Assembly (NCBI GenBank): GCA_017631855.1
Contig: JAGBSP010000064.1
Span: forward strand, 7,809 to 71,808
DNA from: Clostridia bacterium
Lineage (GTDB): Bacteria > Bacillota > Clostridia > Oscillospirales > CAG-272
DNA: 64,000 nucleotides
Direction: 5' to 3'
Below the pieces are notes generated by a model. It was not told where the DNA came from, did no database searches, and saw nothing but the letters and a program-made list of their open reading frames with translations. Within the stretch, counting starts at the first letter, position 1, and each line of letters starts with the position of its first letter. The translations under genes and the position numbers were made by a program. This document shows, piece after piece, positions 45,111 to 54,125 of the stretch.

Positions 45111-46748
45111 TTAACAAAAATCCTTTTCATTGGGTTGAAAACGCTCTATCAAGCGCTCAGCAACCCGAATTCCGTCAAGCGCCGCACTAGTAATACCGCC
45201 CGCATAACCCGCACCTTCTCCACAAGGATAAACGTTGGTATGTCCCAAAGCTCTCATTTGATCATCCCTTAGGATACGAACGGGTGCCGAGGTACGCGTT
45301 TCTACGCCCGAAAGTACTGCTTCGGAATGCGCAAAGCCCAGAAGCTTTCGATCAAAGCTATGAAGTCCTCGGCGCAATTCTTCAGTAACAAAAGACGGTA
45401 AGATCCGATCCATCGACACGCACCTGACGCGTCCGTCACGATACGTAGGCAATACGGTTGTCGGCTCGCTTCCCTGTTTTCCCTGCAAAAAATCGCCCAC
45501 GGTTTGTATCGGTGCGTAATAATCCGAGCCACCTGCTAAAAAAGCGGCTTTTTCCAGATTTCGCTGAAACGCGATTGCCAGTTCGGGCGTTGCTCCGTAA
45601 TCCTCGGGGCGCACAGAAACACAAACCGCAGAGTTCGCATTTTTTCCGTCACGCGCATAGACACTCATTCCGTTGACAACAACACCACCCTCTTCAGATG
45701 CCGCCGCGACCACCTGGCCGCCCGGACACATACAGAAGGTATAAACACCGCGCCCAGACGTCGTATCCGAAAGATGATATTCTCCGCGTCCAATTCTTGG
45801 ATGCCCTGCCCACGAGCCGTAAAGTGCCTCATCGATTTTTGATTGTAAATGCTCGATACGAACACCGACCGAAAAAGGCTTTGCTTCAATCGCATATCCG
45901 TTTTGCATCAGCATCGCATACGTATCTCTCGCACTATGCCCCGGTGCTAGCACAAGAGCAGAGCTGTGAATTTCGCCTTTGGTCGTTTTCGCTACGATAC
46001 TGCCGTCTGCCATTTCGGAAATCCCGTCCAAGCGACAACGATAGAGCACTCGACCGCCCAATTCTTCAATTCGAGAAAGCATCCGGTCCACGACCTCCAT
46101 CAGGCGGTCTGTGCCGATATGCGGCTTTGCAGAGATCATAATCTCTTCCGGTGCTCCGAATTCGCAAAACCTTGAAAGCACATACGCTACTCTTGGATCG
46201 TTCACTCTGGTCAAAAGCTTTCCGTCGGAATATGTTCCTGCCCCACCTGCGCCAAACTGAATGTTCGATTCGGTATCTAAAATTCCTTCTTGCACAAAGC
46301 GCCCGTGTGCACGGCTTCTTTGTGCAATAGAGTCCCCTCGATCAATGATCGTCGGAGAATATCCACGCTCAGCTAACAACAAAGCACAAAACAGTCCCGC
46401 AGGTCCCATACCGACGATCAGCGGCGAATACGGACTCTTCTCACTTCCAGATTCAGCTTGAATTTCCCTATCATATAACGGTGTAATTCCATAGCGCGAA
46501 CGGATCGGAGGCTCTATTTTTTCTCCGTTTTTAGAGCGAACGGATATCGAATATACTAGACGTACGCGATCTTTTCTTCGTGCATCTACCGAACGCTTAT
46601 AGATATCAAAACGAAGTCGTGCAGGGGAAATCCCTGCACGCTTCATTTCGGTTGCGGCAATACTGCACGCTTCATTTTCATCAACATCGGGAGATAAGGA
46701 TATCCCATTGATTAAAAAGCCTATGCTTTTTTCTTCTATCATCGTCAT
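45111..46748 (-). CDS. FAD-dependent dehydrogenase (COG2509-type)
   Basis: Dinucleotide-binding IVGMGPAGLFCALLLAERG, and C-terminal CGEGAGYAGGI; 545 aa. Confidence 0.8.
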   Translation of the reverse strand: MTMIEEKSIGFLINGISLSPDVDENEACSIAATEMKRAGISPARLRFDIYKRSVDARRKDRVRLVYSISVRSKNGEKIEPPIRSRYGITPLYDREIQAESGSEKSPYSPLIVGMGPAGLFCALLLAERGYSPTIIDRGDSIAQRSRAHGRFVQEGILDTESNIQFGAGGAGTYSDGKLLTRVNDPRVAYVLSRFCEFGAPEEIMISAKPHIGTDRLMEVVDRMLSRIEELGGRVLYRCRLDGISEMADGSIVAKTTKGEIHSSALVLAPGHSARDTYAMLMQNGYAIEAKPFSVGVRIEHLQSKIDEALYGSWAGHPRIGRGEYHLSDTTSGRGVYTFCMCPGGQVVAAASEEGGVVVNGMSVYARDGKNANSAVCVSVRPEDYGATPELAIAFQRNLEKAAFLAGGSDYYAPIQTVGDFLQGKQGSEPTTVLPTYRDGRVRCVSMDRILPSFVTEELRRGLHSFDRKLLGFAHSEAVLSGVETRTSAPVRILRDDQMRALGHTNVYPCGEGAGYAGGITSAALDGIRVAERLIERFQPNEKDFC

Positions 46749-46757
46749 CTCCGATAT

Positions 46758-46976
46758 TCAAAGCGACACGGTTGGCAAAACAACGGATGATGCTTGAGCA
46801 ACCACGTTAAGACCGGTCTCTTCTTTCTGCTTTTTTTCGAGATTCGATGCATACAACCAAATCACAAAAGCGATCAACACACACAAAATAGCAGCAAAAA
46901 TATGAAATTTTCCGTTCTTTTTCGCAACGTACATTTCATCGTTGCGGGAAGATTCGTTTCGTTTACGTTTCGACAT
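46758..46976 (-). CDS. small single-pass membrane protein, possibly a truncated CdaR/YbbR-type anchor
   Basis: 72 aa from ATG 46974-46976, with GGAGGA upstream. A basic N-terminus is followed by the TM HIFAAILCVLIAFVIWLYASN. It sits directly after cdaA, where cdaR normally lies. The track ORF extended to 47048 overlaps cdaA. Confidence 0.55.
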   Translation of the reverse strand: MSKRKRNESSRNDEMYVAKKNGKFHIFAAILCVLIAFVIWLYASNLEKKQKEETGLNVVAQASSVVLPTVSL

Positions 46977-46989
46977 TATATCCTCCGTA

Positions 46990-47916
46990 TTATTCCGAAT
47001 CAATCGTCTGAGAGCGATTTTTTCCCTTTCGATTTTTTTTGGAAACATCGCTTTGTCCGTACGGTGCTAAACGATTATTCAACGCTTGCTTCAAAGAATT
47101 ATAATTATAATTCCGTTCCAACTTTCCGTCAACCGCCAAAGATATCGTTCCCGTTTCCTCAGACACGACGATCACAAGTGCGTCACTGATCTCAGACAAA
47201 CCGATTGCCGCACGATGTCTTGTTCCAAGATCCTTATTAATATCGTCGTTGGTCGACAACGGCAAGAAGCATCCCGCCGCGCAAATTCTTCCGGAACGGA
47301 TGATCACGGCGCCATCATGCAAGGGCGCATTGTTGAAGAAAATGTTTTTCAAGATATAGGGCGAAATCACCGCGTCAATCGTTACACCCGATTTGATATA
47401 TTCTCCCAACTTCGTCGACCGCTCGATGACGATCAACGCACCGACTTTGTCGCGTGAAAGATCGCCCGCTGCCGTACATATTGCCTCAATCTCCGCATTG
47501 ATCATCGCAGAATCTCTCGAATCTGCCGTAATACTACGGAATCCCGTCAAAGGAGTTCCGCCCACTTTTTCCAACGCACTGCGAAGCTCGGGTTGAAACA
47601 GGATCAGGATCGCGATGACTCCGATCTGTCGAAAGTCGCTGAAAATAAATCTCGTCGCGGGCAACTCCAAAGCATCACCCAACAAAGAAAGTGCCAAAAC
47701 GCATCCAAGTCCAATTAAAAGCTTTCCTGCACGACGGTCTCGAATAAAACGATAGACAAAAAATAAAACGACAGAAAGTAACAGTATATCTACAACATCC
47801 AAAATCCCCATCGTTTTTACCGAGGATACGATGTAAAGACTTACGTAGTTCCAAAGCCTGCTCAAAAAATCAGTCAACGAAATCCACCTCTTTCCGAAAG
47901 ATTTGAAAGTATCCAT
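46990..47916 (-). CDS. cdaA: diadenylate cyclase CdaA
   Basis: N-terminal TM helices, then the DAC domain with GALIVIER, PLHDGAVIIR and GTRHRAAIGLSE; 308 aa. Confidence 0.92.
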   Translation of the reverse strand: MDTFKSFGKRWISLTDFLSRLWNYVSLYIVSSVKTMGILDVVDILLLSVVLFFVYRFIRDRRAGKLLIGLGCVLALSLLGDALELPATRFIFSDFRQIGVIAILILFQPELRSALEKVGGTPLTGFRSITADSRDSAMINAEIEAICTAAGDLSRDKVGALIVIERSTKLGEYIKSGVTIDAVISPYILKNIFFNNAPLHDGAVIIRSGRICAAGCFLPLSTNDDINKDLGTRHRAAIGLSEISDALVIVVSEETGTISLAVDGKLERNYNYNSLKQALNNRLAPYGQSDVSKKNRKGKNRSQTIDSE

Positions 47917-47932
47917 ACTTTTTCTATTATAA

Positions 47933-47961
47933 ATTATATCATATCTCTATTATAAATTCAA
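47933..47961 (-). promoter_or_regulatory. sigma-A promoter of cdaA
   Basis: On the minus strand: TTGAAT (47956-47961), 17-nt spacer, TATAAT (47933-47938). The leader is very short. Confidence 0.5.
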
Positions 47962-48021
47962 GAACTTTTTTTATATTCTTCAAAAATTATTTTCTTTTTT
48001 CTACTTTTTTTGAGAATGCTA

Positions 48022-48050
48022 TTGCAATCTTTTTGAAGATATGCTATACT
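48022..48050 (+). promoter_or_regulatory. sigma-A promoter of the DUF896 gene
   Basis: TTGCAA (48022-48027), 17-nt spacer, TATACT (48045-48050). Confidence 0.5.
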
Positions 48051-48089
48051 GCTCCCTGTAAGAATAAAAAATGAAAAAGAGGATGATTT

Positions 48090-48299
48090 ATGGAAAAGGA
48101 AAAGCTGAATCGCATCAATGAATTGGCGCGCCTCTCGAAGGAACGGGCGCTTACCGAAGAAGAAAAAGCCGAACAAGCGGCACTTCGTCAGGAATATATC
48201 AACGAGATCCGACTTTCCTTTGGCGCAATGCTTGACAATACCGTCATTCAATACCCTGACGGCTCAAGAAAATCGCTCAAAAAAGACTCTAAAGAATGA
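48090..48299 (+). CDS. DUF896/UPF0291 family protein (YnzC-like)
   Basis: KLNRINELARLSKERALTEEEKAEQAALRQEYI closely parallels B. subtilis YnzC; 69 aa. RBS GAGGA. Confidence 0.85.
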   Translation: MEKEKLNRINELARLSKERALTEEEKAEQAALRQEYINEIRLSFGAMLDNTVIQYPDGSRKSLKKDSKE

Positions 48300-48301
48300 T
48301 C

Positions 48302-48340
48302 AAAACGGCACGCACTTAAGGTGCGTGCGGTTTTCTTTTT
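48302..48340 (+). terminator. rho-independent terminator
   Basis: GCACGCAC (48308-48315) pairs with GTGCGTGC (48321-48328), extended by AAAAC/GTTTT pairing, then TTTTCTTTTT. Confidence 0.75.
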
Positions 48341-48358
48341 GATTTTTCAAAAAAACTC

Positions 48359-48387
48359 TTGAACCCATCGTTTTTTTATGCTATAAT
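48359..48387 (+). promoter_or_regulatory. sigma-A promoter of plsY
   Basis: TTGAAC (48359-48364), 17-nt spacer, TATAAT (48382-48387). Confidence 0.55.
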
Positions 48388-48423
48388 AAAATATATAATT
48401 TCGTACATACGGAGAGGTTTTCT

Positions 48424-49158
48424 ATGCAGGATTTCTTGTCCCAAGGACTTATATTTTCTAATCTCAGTGGAATGGATAGCACCACGAGACTTATTGTGAC
48501 GGTTTTATGTTATCTTGCTACCATAATTTGCGCTTACCTTCTTGGAAGTTTAAATTTCGCGATTATTATTTCTGATAAGCAATACCGTCAGGACATTCGC
48601 GATTTCGGAAGCAAAAATGCGGGTATGACCAATATGATGCGTACTTACGGAAAAAAAGCCGCAGGACTAACGCTTCTCGGCGATGCCTTGAAGGCAATGA
48701 TTTCTTGCTTGATCGGCTATGCACTGCTTGGTCAAATGGGCGCCTATATCGCAGGTCTTTTCTGTATTATCGGACATATGTTTCCCATTTATTATCGTTT
48801 CAAGGGTGGCAAGGGCGTCGTAACCGCCGCTGTTACTATTTTAATGTGTAATCCCTTTGTATTCTTGATTCTTTTCGTGATGTTTGCGATCATCGTTCTG
48901 ATATCGAAATACATTTCTTTGGGTTCTGTGATGTGTATGTTGCTTTACCCTATCATCCTCGACAGAATCGACCGTTTCTTCTACGGCGGTGCGCCTTACG
49001 TATGGTGTGCCGCGCTGATGACGCTTCTCGTCGTTGTCAAGCATTGGGAAAACATCAAGCGATTGAGCCAAGGAAAAGAAAGCAAATTTTCTTTCAAAAA
49101 AAGTGTCAAAGCACCGACAACCGAAACCACTGAAGCCACCAATGAGGAAAAGGAATGA
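48424..49158 (+). CDS. plsY: acyl-phosphate:glycerol-3-phosphate acyltransferase
   Basis: GSLNFAII, FGSKNAGMTNMMR and FKGGKGV motifs. 244 aa with a charged C-terminal tail. Confidence 0.92.
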   Translation: MQDFLSQGLIFSNLSGMDSTTRLIVTVLCYLATIICAYLLGSLNFAIIISDKQYRQDIRDFGSKNAGMTNMMRTYGKKAAGLTLLGDALKAMISCLIGYALLGQMGAYIAGLFCIIGHMFPIYYRFKGGKGVVTAAVTILMCNPFVFLILFVMFAIIVLISKYISLGSVMCMLLYPIILDRIDRFFYGGAPYVWCAALMTLLVVVKHWENIKRLSQGKESKFSFKKSVKAPTTETTEATNEEKE

Positions 49159-50357
49159 ACATCACGCCGGAATTACAAAAAATCACAGAATTAACCGTTA
49201 CCGCGGCGAAGCTCCAGCGCTTAAAAAAAGCAGTGCTCTCAAAACCTCAAGATAAATCTCTGCAAAAAGTTGTTTTGACACTCAAAAAAAGCAGCCGCGC
49301 TTCTATATTGCAAGCGGAATATTTTCATAAAGACAATAAGGTCACACACAAGAATTTCGAACTGAATGAAACGACGCCCTCGGCGCTTAACGCGCTTGCC
49401 GAGGGCTTTTCACAATTCAATCTGATCTGCTCGGACGGAGAATGCGAGTACAAATGCTCTTCTTCGGGAAAAACGGTACTCCTTGGCGCGGATAAGCTGG
49501 AGAGAAAGCTTTGCTCGGTTCCGACCACCGCCGAAAACACCGTACTTCCCACTTCTAATAATCGTGAAAAACAGTACATTTTAAACGGCTCAGAGCCATT
49601 TTTGAAGCATTTGGGCGTAGCGGATGGCAATGGACGTGTCTTTGATCGAAAGCAAGCAAAATTTCGACAGATCAACCGATTTTTAGAGCTCATCCGTGAT
49701 GTAGAGGATAAGCTTCCGCGGAATGAAATTCGCATTTGCGATCTTTGCTGCGGAAAAAGCTATCTTTCGTTTGCCGTATATCACTATTTTGCAAACATCA
49801 AGAATTTTCGTGTTTCTATGACGGGAGTTGATCTCAAGCCGGACGTGGTTGCGCACTGTAATGCGGTAGCGAAAGCACTTAATTTTGAAGGCTTGGAGTT
49901 CCTTTGCGGGGATGTTCGCGAATACGAATCCCCCACACCGCCGTCGCTCGTCATTTCGCTCCACGCCTGTGATATTGCGACCGATTTCGTCTTGGACAAG
50001 GCGGTTTCTTGGAACACAGACGTCATTCTTTCCACCCCCTGCTGTCATCACGAGCTCAACCATCATATCGACTGCCCGACGCTCTCCTTTATTTCCGATT
50101 ATTCGATGCTTCGTCAAAAGCTCTGCGATGCCGCTACCGACGCAATTCGTCTTTGCAAGCTCGAAACCTTTGGCTACACCACAACGGCACTCGAGCTGAT
50201 CGATCCCGACGAAACACCGAAAAATATTATGCTTCGCGCAATTCGGAAAAAGAACTTTGATCCGACGTCCGAAGAAGCAAGAAAAGCCAACGAAAAATAC
50301 AACGCCGCAAAGGAATTCTTCTGCGGTAGTACCCCCAAACACACCTTCCATTTTTAA
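49155..50357 (+). CDS. class I SAM-dependent methyltransferase with an N-terminal domain of unknown function
   Basis: ICDLCCGKSYLSF (motif I), VDLKPDV, FLCGDVREY, ISLHACDIATD. 400 aa. Shares an ATGA overlap with the plsY stop. Confidence 0.75.
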   Translation: MNITPELQKITELTVTAAKLQRLKKAVLSKPQDKSLQKVVLTLKKSSRASILQAEYFHKDNKVTHKNFELNETTPSALNALAEGFSQFNLICSDGECEYKCSSSGKTVLLGADKLERKLCSVPTTAENTVLPTSNNREKQYILNGSEPFLKHLGVADGNGRVFDRKQAKFRQINRFLELIRDVEDKLPRNEIRICDLCCGKSYLSFAVYHYFANIKNFRVSMTGVDLKPDVVAHCNAVAKALNFEGLEFLCGDVREYESPTPPSLVISLHACDIATDFVLDKAVSWNTDVILSTPCCHHELNHHIDCPTLSFISDYSMLRQKLCDAATDAIRLCKLETFGYTTTALELIDPDETPKNIMLRAIRKKNFDPTSEEARKANEKYNAAKEFFCGSTPKHTFHF

Positions 50358-50389
50358 CCTTTGTTGTTACGACAGAAACCGGAGTTACT

Positions 50390-51628
50390 ATGACCTATCA
50401 CAATGCTGTAAAATATTTGCAGCAAGCGTCCATCGAATCCAAAGATTCTACCCTCCTGCCCTTGCTTTGGGAAGCACTAGATGCTCCGCAACGAGGATTA
50501 AAATACCTTCGCGTTACGGGAAGCAACGGAAAAACGGTTTGCGCCGAATTGTTGCTTTCGGCGTTTCAAAAATCCGAATACGTCATCGGTTCTATTTCTC
50601 TTCCTATGTATGAGGATGGACGTACGAATATTCGTATCAATGCGCAGCAGCTCTCTCCCGAGGAATTCGCCTCGTACGTCGAGCGTGTTGTCCAAGCGCT
50701 GAAAGACGTCAATCTGGCAAGAACGAAAGAAACTTCCGAGGATGCGAACGAAGCACCGAAAGCACCGCTCTCACTTTCGCAATCTGAGTTGCTTTTGAGC
50801 GCGGCTTTGCTTGCCTTCCGCGAGCACCGTTGCGCGTTTTGCATTATTGAAAGTGATGCTTCTTCCTCAGACCCCACGCGTTCTATGCCCGCTCCTTTTG
50901 CTGCGGCAATCTGCGGAACGATTCCAAGTGAAAATCAAAAAGAAATCCACGACATTCGCTCCTATATCGTTCACGGAATTCAAGAAATCGTCAGCGCTCC
51001 GCAAGACCAAAATGCTTACCGCGTGATCTCGGAAACCTGTGCATCAATCAACTGCCGTTTGACGATCCCAACAAAATCCGAGCTGAGCATTTCCCGTCTT
51101 TCCTTAGGAGGAAGCGAATTTTCTTACAAAGACGAAAATTACAAGTTGGGACTTTGCGGAAAATTCCAAGTTACCAACGCAACCGTTGTGCTCGAAGTAA
51201 TTAACATGCTTTCACGACACGGCTATACACTCTCGCAGGAGCAAATATTCGATGGTCTCCGACAGACGAAAATTCCGGCGAAATTCGAAATCGTTTCGGT
51301 GTCCCCCACGGTAATCGTCGACAGCACCCATTCCGAAACTGCCATTGAGGTGGTTTGCAAAGCTCTGTCCGATTTTCAATCGTTTCTTGGAAACAAGCTT
51401 CGTCTTTGTTTCCCCGACGAAGCGCTCGCGGACCAATATCGTACGGCACTTTCCCCTTATGATTTTTCCATAGAATCCATCACTACTTATTCCCCCGACG
51501 ATAAGCCGAAAGACGTCGTTTCTTCCGTGTGGACAGATCTGACAAAGGACGAAATCCTTTTCTTTTCCGTTCCCAATCATCAAATCAAAAAGCTTCGCGA
51601 TGAAATTTTAAAACGACTTCACAAATAA
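50390..51628 (+). CDS. divergent Mur-ligase/FolC-like protein
   Basis: The FolC-like N-terminus AVKYLQQ...LKYLRVTGSNGKTV retains the P-loop. Later conserved FolC motifs look altered (see findings). 412 aa. Confidence 0.65.
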   Translation: MTYHNAVKYLQQASIESKDSTLLPLLWEALDAPQRGLKYLRVTGSNGKTVCAELLLSAFQKSEYVIGSISLPMYEDGRTNIRINAQQLSPEEFASYVERVVQALKDVNLARTKETSEDANEAPKAPLSLSQSELLLSAALLAFREHRCAFCIIESDASSSDPTRSMPAPFAAAICGTIPSENQKEIHDIRSYIVHGIQEIVSAPQDQNAYRVISETCASINCRLTIPTKSELSISRLSLGGSEFSYKDENYKLGLCGKFQVTNATVVLEVINMLSRHGYTLSQEQIFDGLRQTKIPAKFEIVSVSPTVIVDSTHSETAIEVVCKALSDFQSFLGNKLRLCFPDEALADQYRTALSPYDFSIESITTYSPDDKPKDVVSSVWTDLTKDEILFFSVPNHQIKKLRDEILKRLHK

Positions 51629-51629
51629 A

Positions 51630-51660
51630 AAGAACCCTTCGGAAAAACCGAAGGGTTCTT
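51630..51660. terminator. bidirectional rho-independent terminator
   Basis: AAGAACCCTTCGG (51630-51642), loop AAAAA, CCGAAGGGTTCTT (51648-51660). It is flanked by A- and T-runs and sits between convergent genes. Confidence 0.8.
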
Positions 51661-51672
51661 TTTATCTTATCT

Positions 51673-52833
51673 TCAAATAACTCTGACCTTAACGATGCCG
51701 TCCACGGCGTTCAGCTTTGCTACTGCGTTAGCCGAAACGTCACCCGTGACGTCGACCATCGTATATGCGTTGTCGCCCTTGGACTTGTTGATCATATTCT
51801 CAATGTTCACACCCGCCTCAGCCAATACTGCGGTGATCTGCGAGAGCATATTGGGAATATTTGCGTGGAAGACGCAAAGTCTCTTATCGCCGCTCATCGG
51901 CATTGAAACGTTCGGGAAGTTGACACTGTTCTTGATGTTACCGTAACGAAGGAACTCGTCGATCTCCATGACAGCCATCACTGCGCAGTTGTCCTCAGAC
52001 TCTGCGGTCGATGCGCCAAGGTGAGGAATGGTTACGATACCGGGAACGCCAACCGTATCCTCGGTCGGGAAATCGGTGACGTAAGAAGCAACCTTACCCG
52101 AAGCAAGTGCCGCTTTGATGTCTACCGAATTGACAAGATCAGCGCGTGCCAGATTGATAATTCTGATGCCGTCCTTCATTCCTGCCAAGGACTCTGCATT
52201 GATCATACCCTTGGTCTGAGGGGTGGACGGAACGTGAAGCGTGATATAATCCGCAACCTTAAATACTTCCTCGTAGGAAGCTGCCTTTACGACGTTATGG
52301 TTGATATTCCAAGCCGCATCAACGCTCAGGAAGGGGTCGCAACCAACAACCTTCATACCAAGACGAACGGCAATGTTTGCTACCATACCGCCGATGGCAC
52401 CAAGACCGATTACGCCAAGCGTCTTGCCCATCACTTCAACGCCTGCAAACTTCTTCTTACCGTCCTCAACTGCCTTTGCAACGCCCTCGGTTCCTGCCAA
52501 GGACTCTGCCCACTTAACGCCGCCAACGACGTCACGCGAAGCAAGCATCAGCGCGCAAACTGCCAATTCCTTCACTCCGTTTGCATTTGCACCGGGGGTA
52601 TTGAAAACGACGATACCCTCTTTCGAGCAACGGTCAACGGGAATATTGTTGACACCTGCACCCGCACGACCGATTGCCTGAAGCTCGGGGCCAAAGGTCA
52701 TATCGTGCATTGCGGCGGAACGAACGAGAATCGCATCGGGATTCTGTACGTCGGTTCCTACGTTGTATTCTGCGCGATCGAGCTTATCGGTACCGATCGC
52801 AGCAATTTTATTCAAACAAAGAATATTTTTCAT
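51673..52833 (-). CDS. serA: D-3-phosphoglycerate dehydrogenase with C-terminal ACT domain
   Basis: GVIGLGAIGGMVA NAD-binding loop, the 2-hydroxyacid dehydrogenase catalytic region (RADLV...HLGAST), and an ACT-like tail; 386 aa. Confidence 0.9.
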   Translation of the reverse strand: MKNILCLNKIAAIGTDKLDRAEYNVGTDVQNPDAILVRSAAMHDMTFGPELQAIGRAGAGVNNIPVDRCSKEGIVVFNTPGANANGVKELAVCALMLASRDVVGGVKWAESLAGTEGVAKAVEDGKKKFAGVEVMGKTLGVIGLGAIGGMVANIAVRLGMKVVGCDPFLSVDAAWNINHNVVKAASYEEVFKVADYITLHVPSTPQTKGMINAESLAGMKDGIRIINLARADLVNSVDIKAALASGKVASYVTDFPTEDTVGVPGIVTIPHLGASTAESEDNCAVMAVMEIDEFLRYGNIKNSVNFPNVSMPMSGDKRLCVFHANIPNMLSQITAVLAEAGVNIENMINKSKGDNAYTMVDVTGDVSANAVAKLNAVDGIVKVRVI

Positions 52834-52850
52834 GGTTTTTTCCTCATTTC

Positions 52851-53942
52851 TTATGCCTTAGGATTCTCTTCGGCAAACTTCTTCATAAATGCAACAAGTG
52901 CTTCTACACCCTCGTAAGGCATTGCGTTGTAAATCGAAGCTCTCATACCGCCAACCGAACGGTGACCCTTGAGATTCTTCAGGCCTGCCTTTGCGGCTTC
53001 GCTTGCAAACTTCTTATCGAGATCTGCGTTGCCCGTCACAAAGGTAACGTTCATCATCGAACGGCTGTCCTTCTTTACGGGTGCGATGTAATAATCCTGG
53101 CTGTCAAGGTAATCATAAAGAAGAGCTGCCTTCTTCACGTTCATTTCCTTCATTACCTCAAGACCGCCGATCGAAAGGATCCACTCGTAAACGAGCTTTG
53201 CCATATAGATCGTGTAGCAAGGAGGAGTGTTGTACATCGAGCCGTTCTCTGCCATCGTCTTCCACTCAAGCATTGTGGGCATCTTTTCGTCTGCATACTC
53301 GAGAAGATCCTCGCGAACGATGACGAGCGTCAGACCTGCGGGTGCCATATTCTTCTGCGCACCTGCATAGATTACACCGAACTTCGATACGTCAACCGGC
53401 TCGGAAATGATGCAGGAAGACATATCAGCAACCAGCGGGATATCGCCCGTTTCGGGGATGTAGGAATACTTCGTTCCGTAGATGGTGTTGTTGAAGCAAA
53501 CATGCAGATATGCCGCATCGGGACGGATCATATCCTTGGTTACGACGGGAATGTGATCGAAATTATCTTCCTTCGTGGTAGCGATGCACTTAACGTCATA
53601 GCCCATCTTCTGCGCTTCCTTGAACGCCTTACCCGAGAACTGACCCGAAACGACGTAATCTGCCTTACCGGTTCTGCCGATCAGGTTGAGCGGAACTGCC
53701 GCAAACTGCGTGGATGCGCCGCCCTGCAGGAAAAGTACCTTATAGTTATCGGGAATATTCATCAGCTTCCGCAGCATTGCTTCTGCTTCATTAATAATTG
53801 CTTCGTAATCCGGAGATCGGTGGGACATCTCCATAACCGACATTCCGGATTCGCCGTAGCAAACCAGCTCAGATGCAGCTTTTTGGAGAACTTCCAAGGG
53901 AAGCATAGACGGACCCGCCGAAAAATTGTAAACTCTGTTCAT
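52851..53942 (-). CDS. serC: phosphoserine aminotransferase
   Basis: YNFSAGPSMLP, FLQGGAS, GAQKNMAPAG (PLP Lys). ATG 53940-53942 follows GGAGG; the track has 53996. Confidence 0.93.
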   Translation of the reverse strand: MNRVYNFSAGPSMLPLEVLQKAASELVCYGESGMSVMEMSHRSPDYEAIINEAEAMLRKLMNIPDNYKVLFLQGGASTQFAAVPLNLIGRTGKADYVVSGQFSGKAFKEAQKMGYDVKCIATTKEDNFDHIPVVTKDMIRPDAAYLHVCFNNTIYGTKYSYIPETGDIPLVADMSSCIISEPVDVSKFGVIYAGAQKNMAPAGLTLVIVREDLLEYADEKMPTMLEWKTMAENGSMYNTPPCYTIYMAKLVYEWILSIGGLEVMKEMNVKKAALLYDYLDSQDYYIAPVKKDSRSMMNVTFVTGNADLDKKFASEAAKAGLKNLKGHRSVGGMRASIYNAMPYEGVEALVAFMKKFAEENPKA

Positions 53943-54000
53943 AACCAATGAACCTCCGTAAAAAGATATATTTTTCGTATTATAAAGAAAATACATTATT

Positions 54001-54029
54001 ATTATAATTTTCTTTCAAAAAAAAGTCAA
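54001..54029 (-). promoter_or_regulatory. sigma-A promoter of serC-serA
   Basis: On the minus strand: TTGACT (54024-54029), 17-nt spacer, TATAAT (54001-54006). Confidence 0.6.
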
Positions 54030-54078
54030 TAGTTTTTCCCGAATTTCTTGAATTTTTTCGTCCTTTTTTTCACAAAAA

Positions 54079-54108
54079 GCCGATCCACAAACACTTTTGC
54101 GGATCGGC
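54079..54108 (-). terminator. rho-independent terminator after the ThyX-like gene
   Basis: On the minus strand: GCCGATCCGCAAA, loop, TTTGTGGATCGGC (one G-U pair), followed by TTTTTGTG. Confidence 0.65.
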
Positions 54109-54125
54109 AGATTTTCGGGGAGAAA

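Noticed and set aside
47958-48251. A 97-aa minus-strand ORF between cdaA and plsY.
   Set aside because: It overlaps the plus-strand DUF896 gene, which has a strong family match, promoter, RBS and terminator. It also spans the cdaA promoter region.
52674-53951. A 425-aa plus-strand ORF.
   Set aside because: It is antisense to serC/serA, which carry unambiguous motifs. It is low-complexity and Arg/Cys/His-rich, as shadow ORFs usually are.
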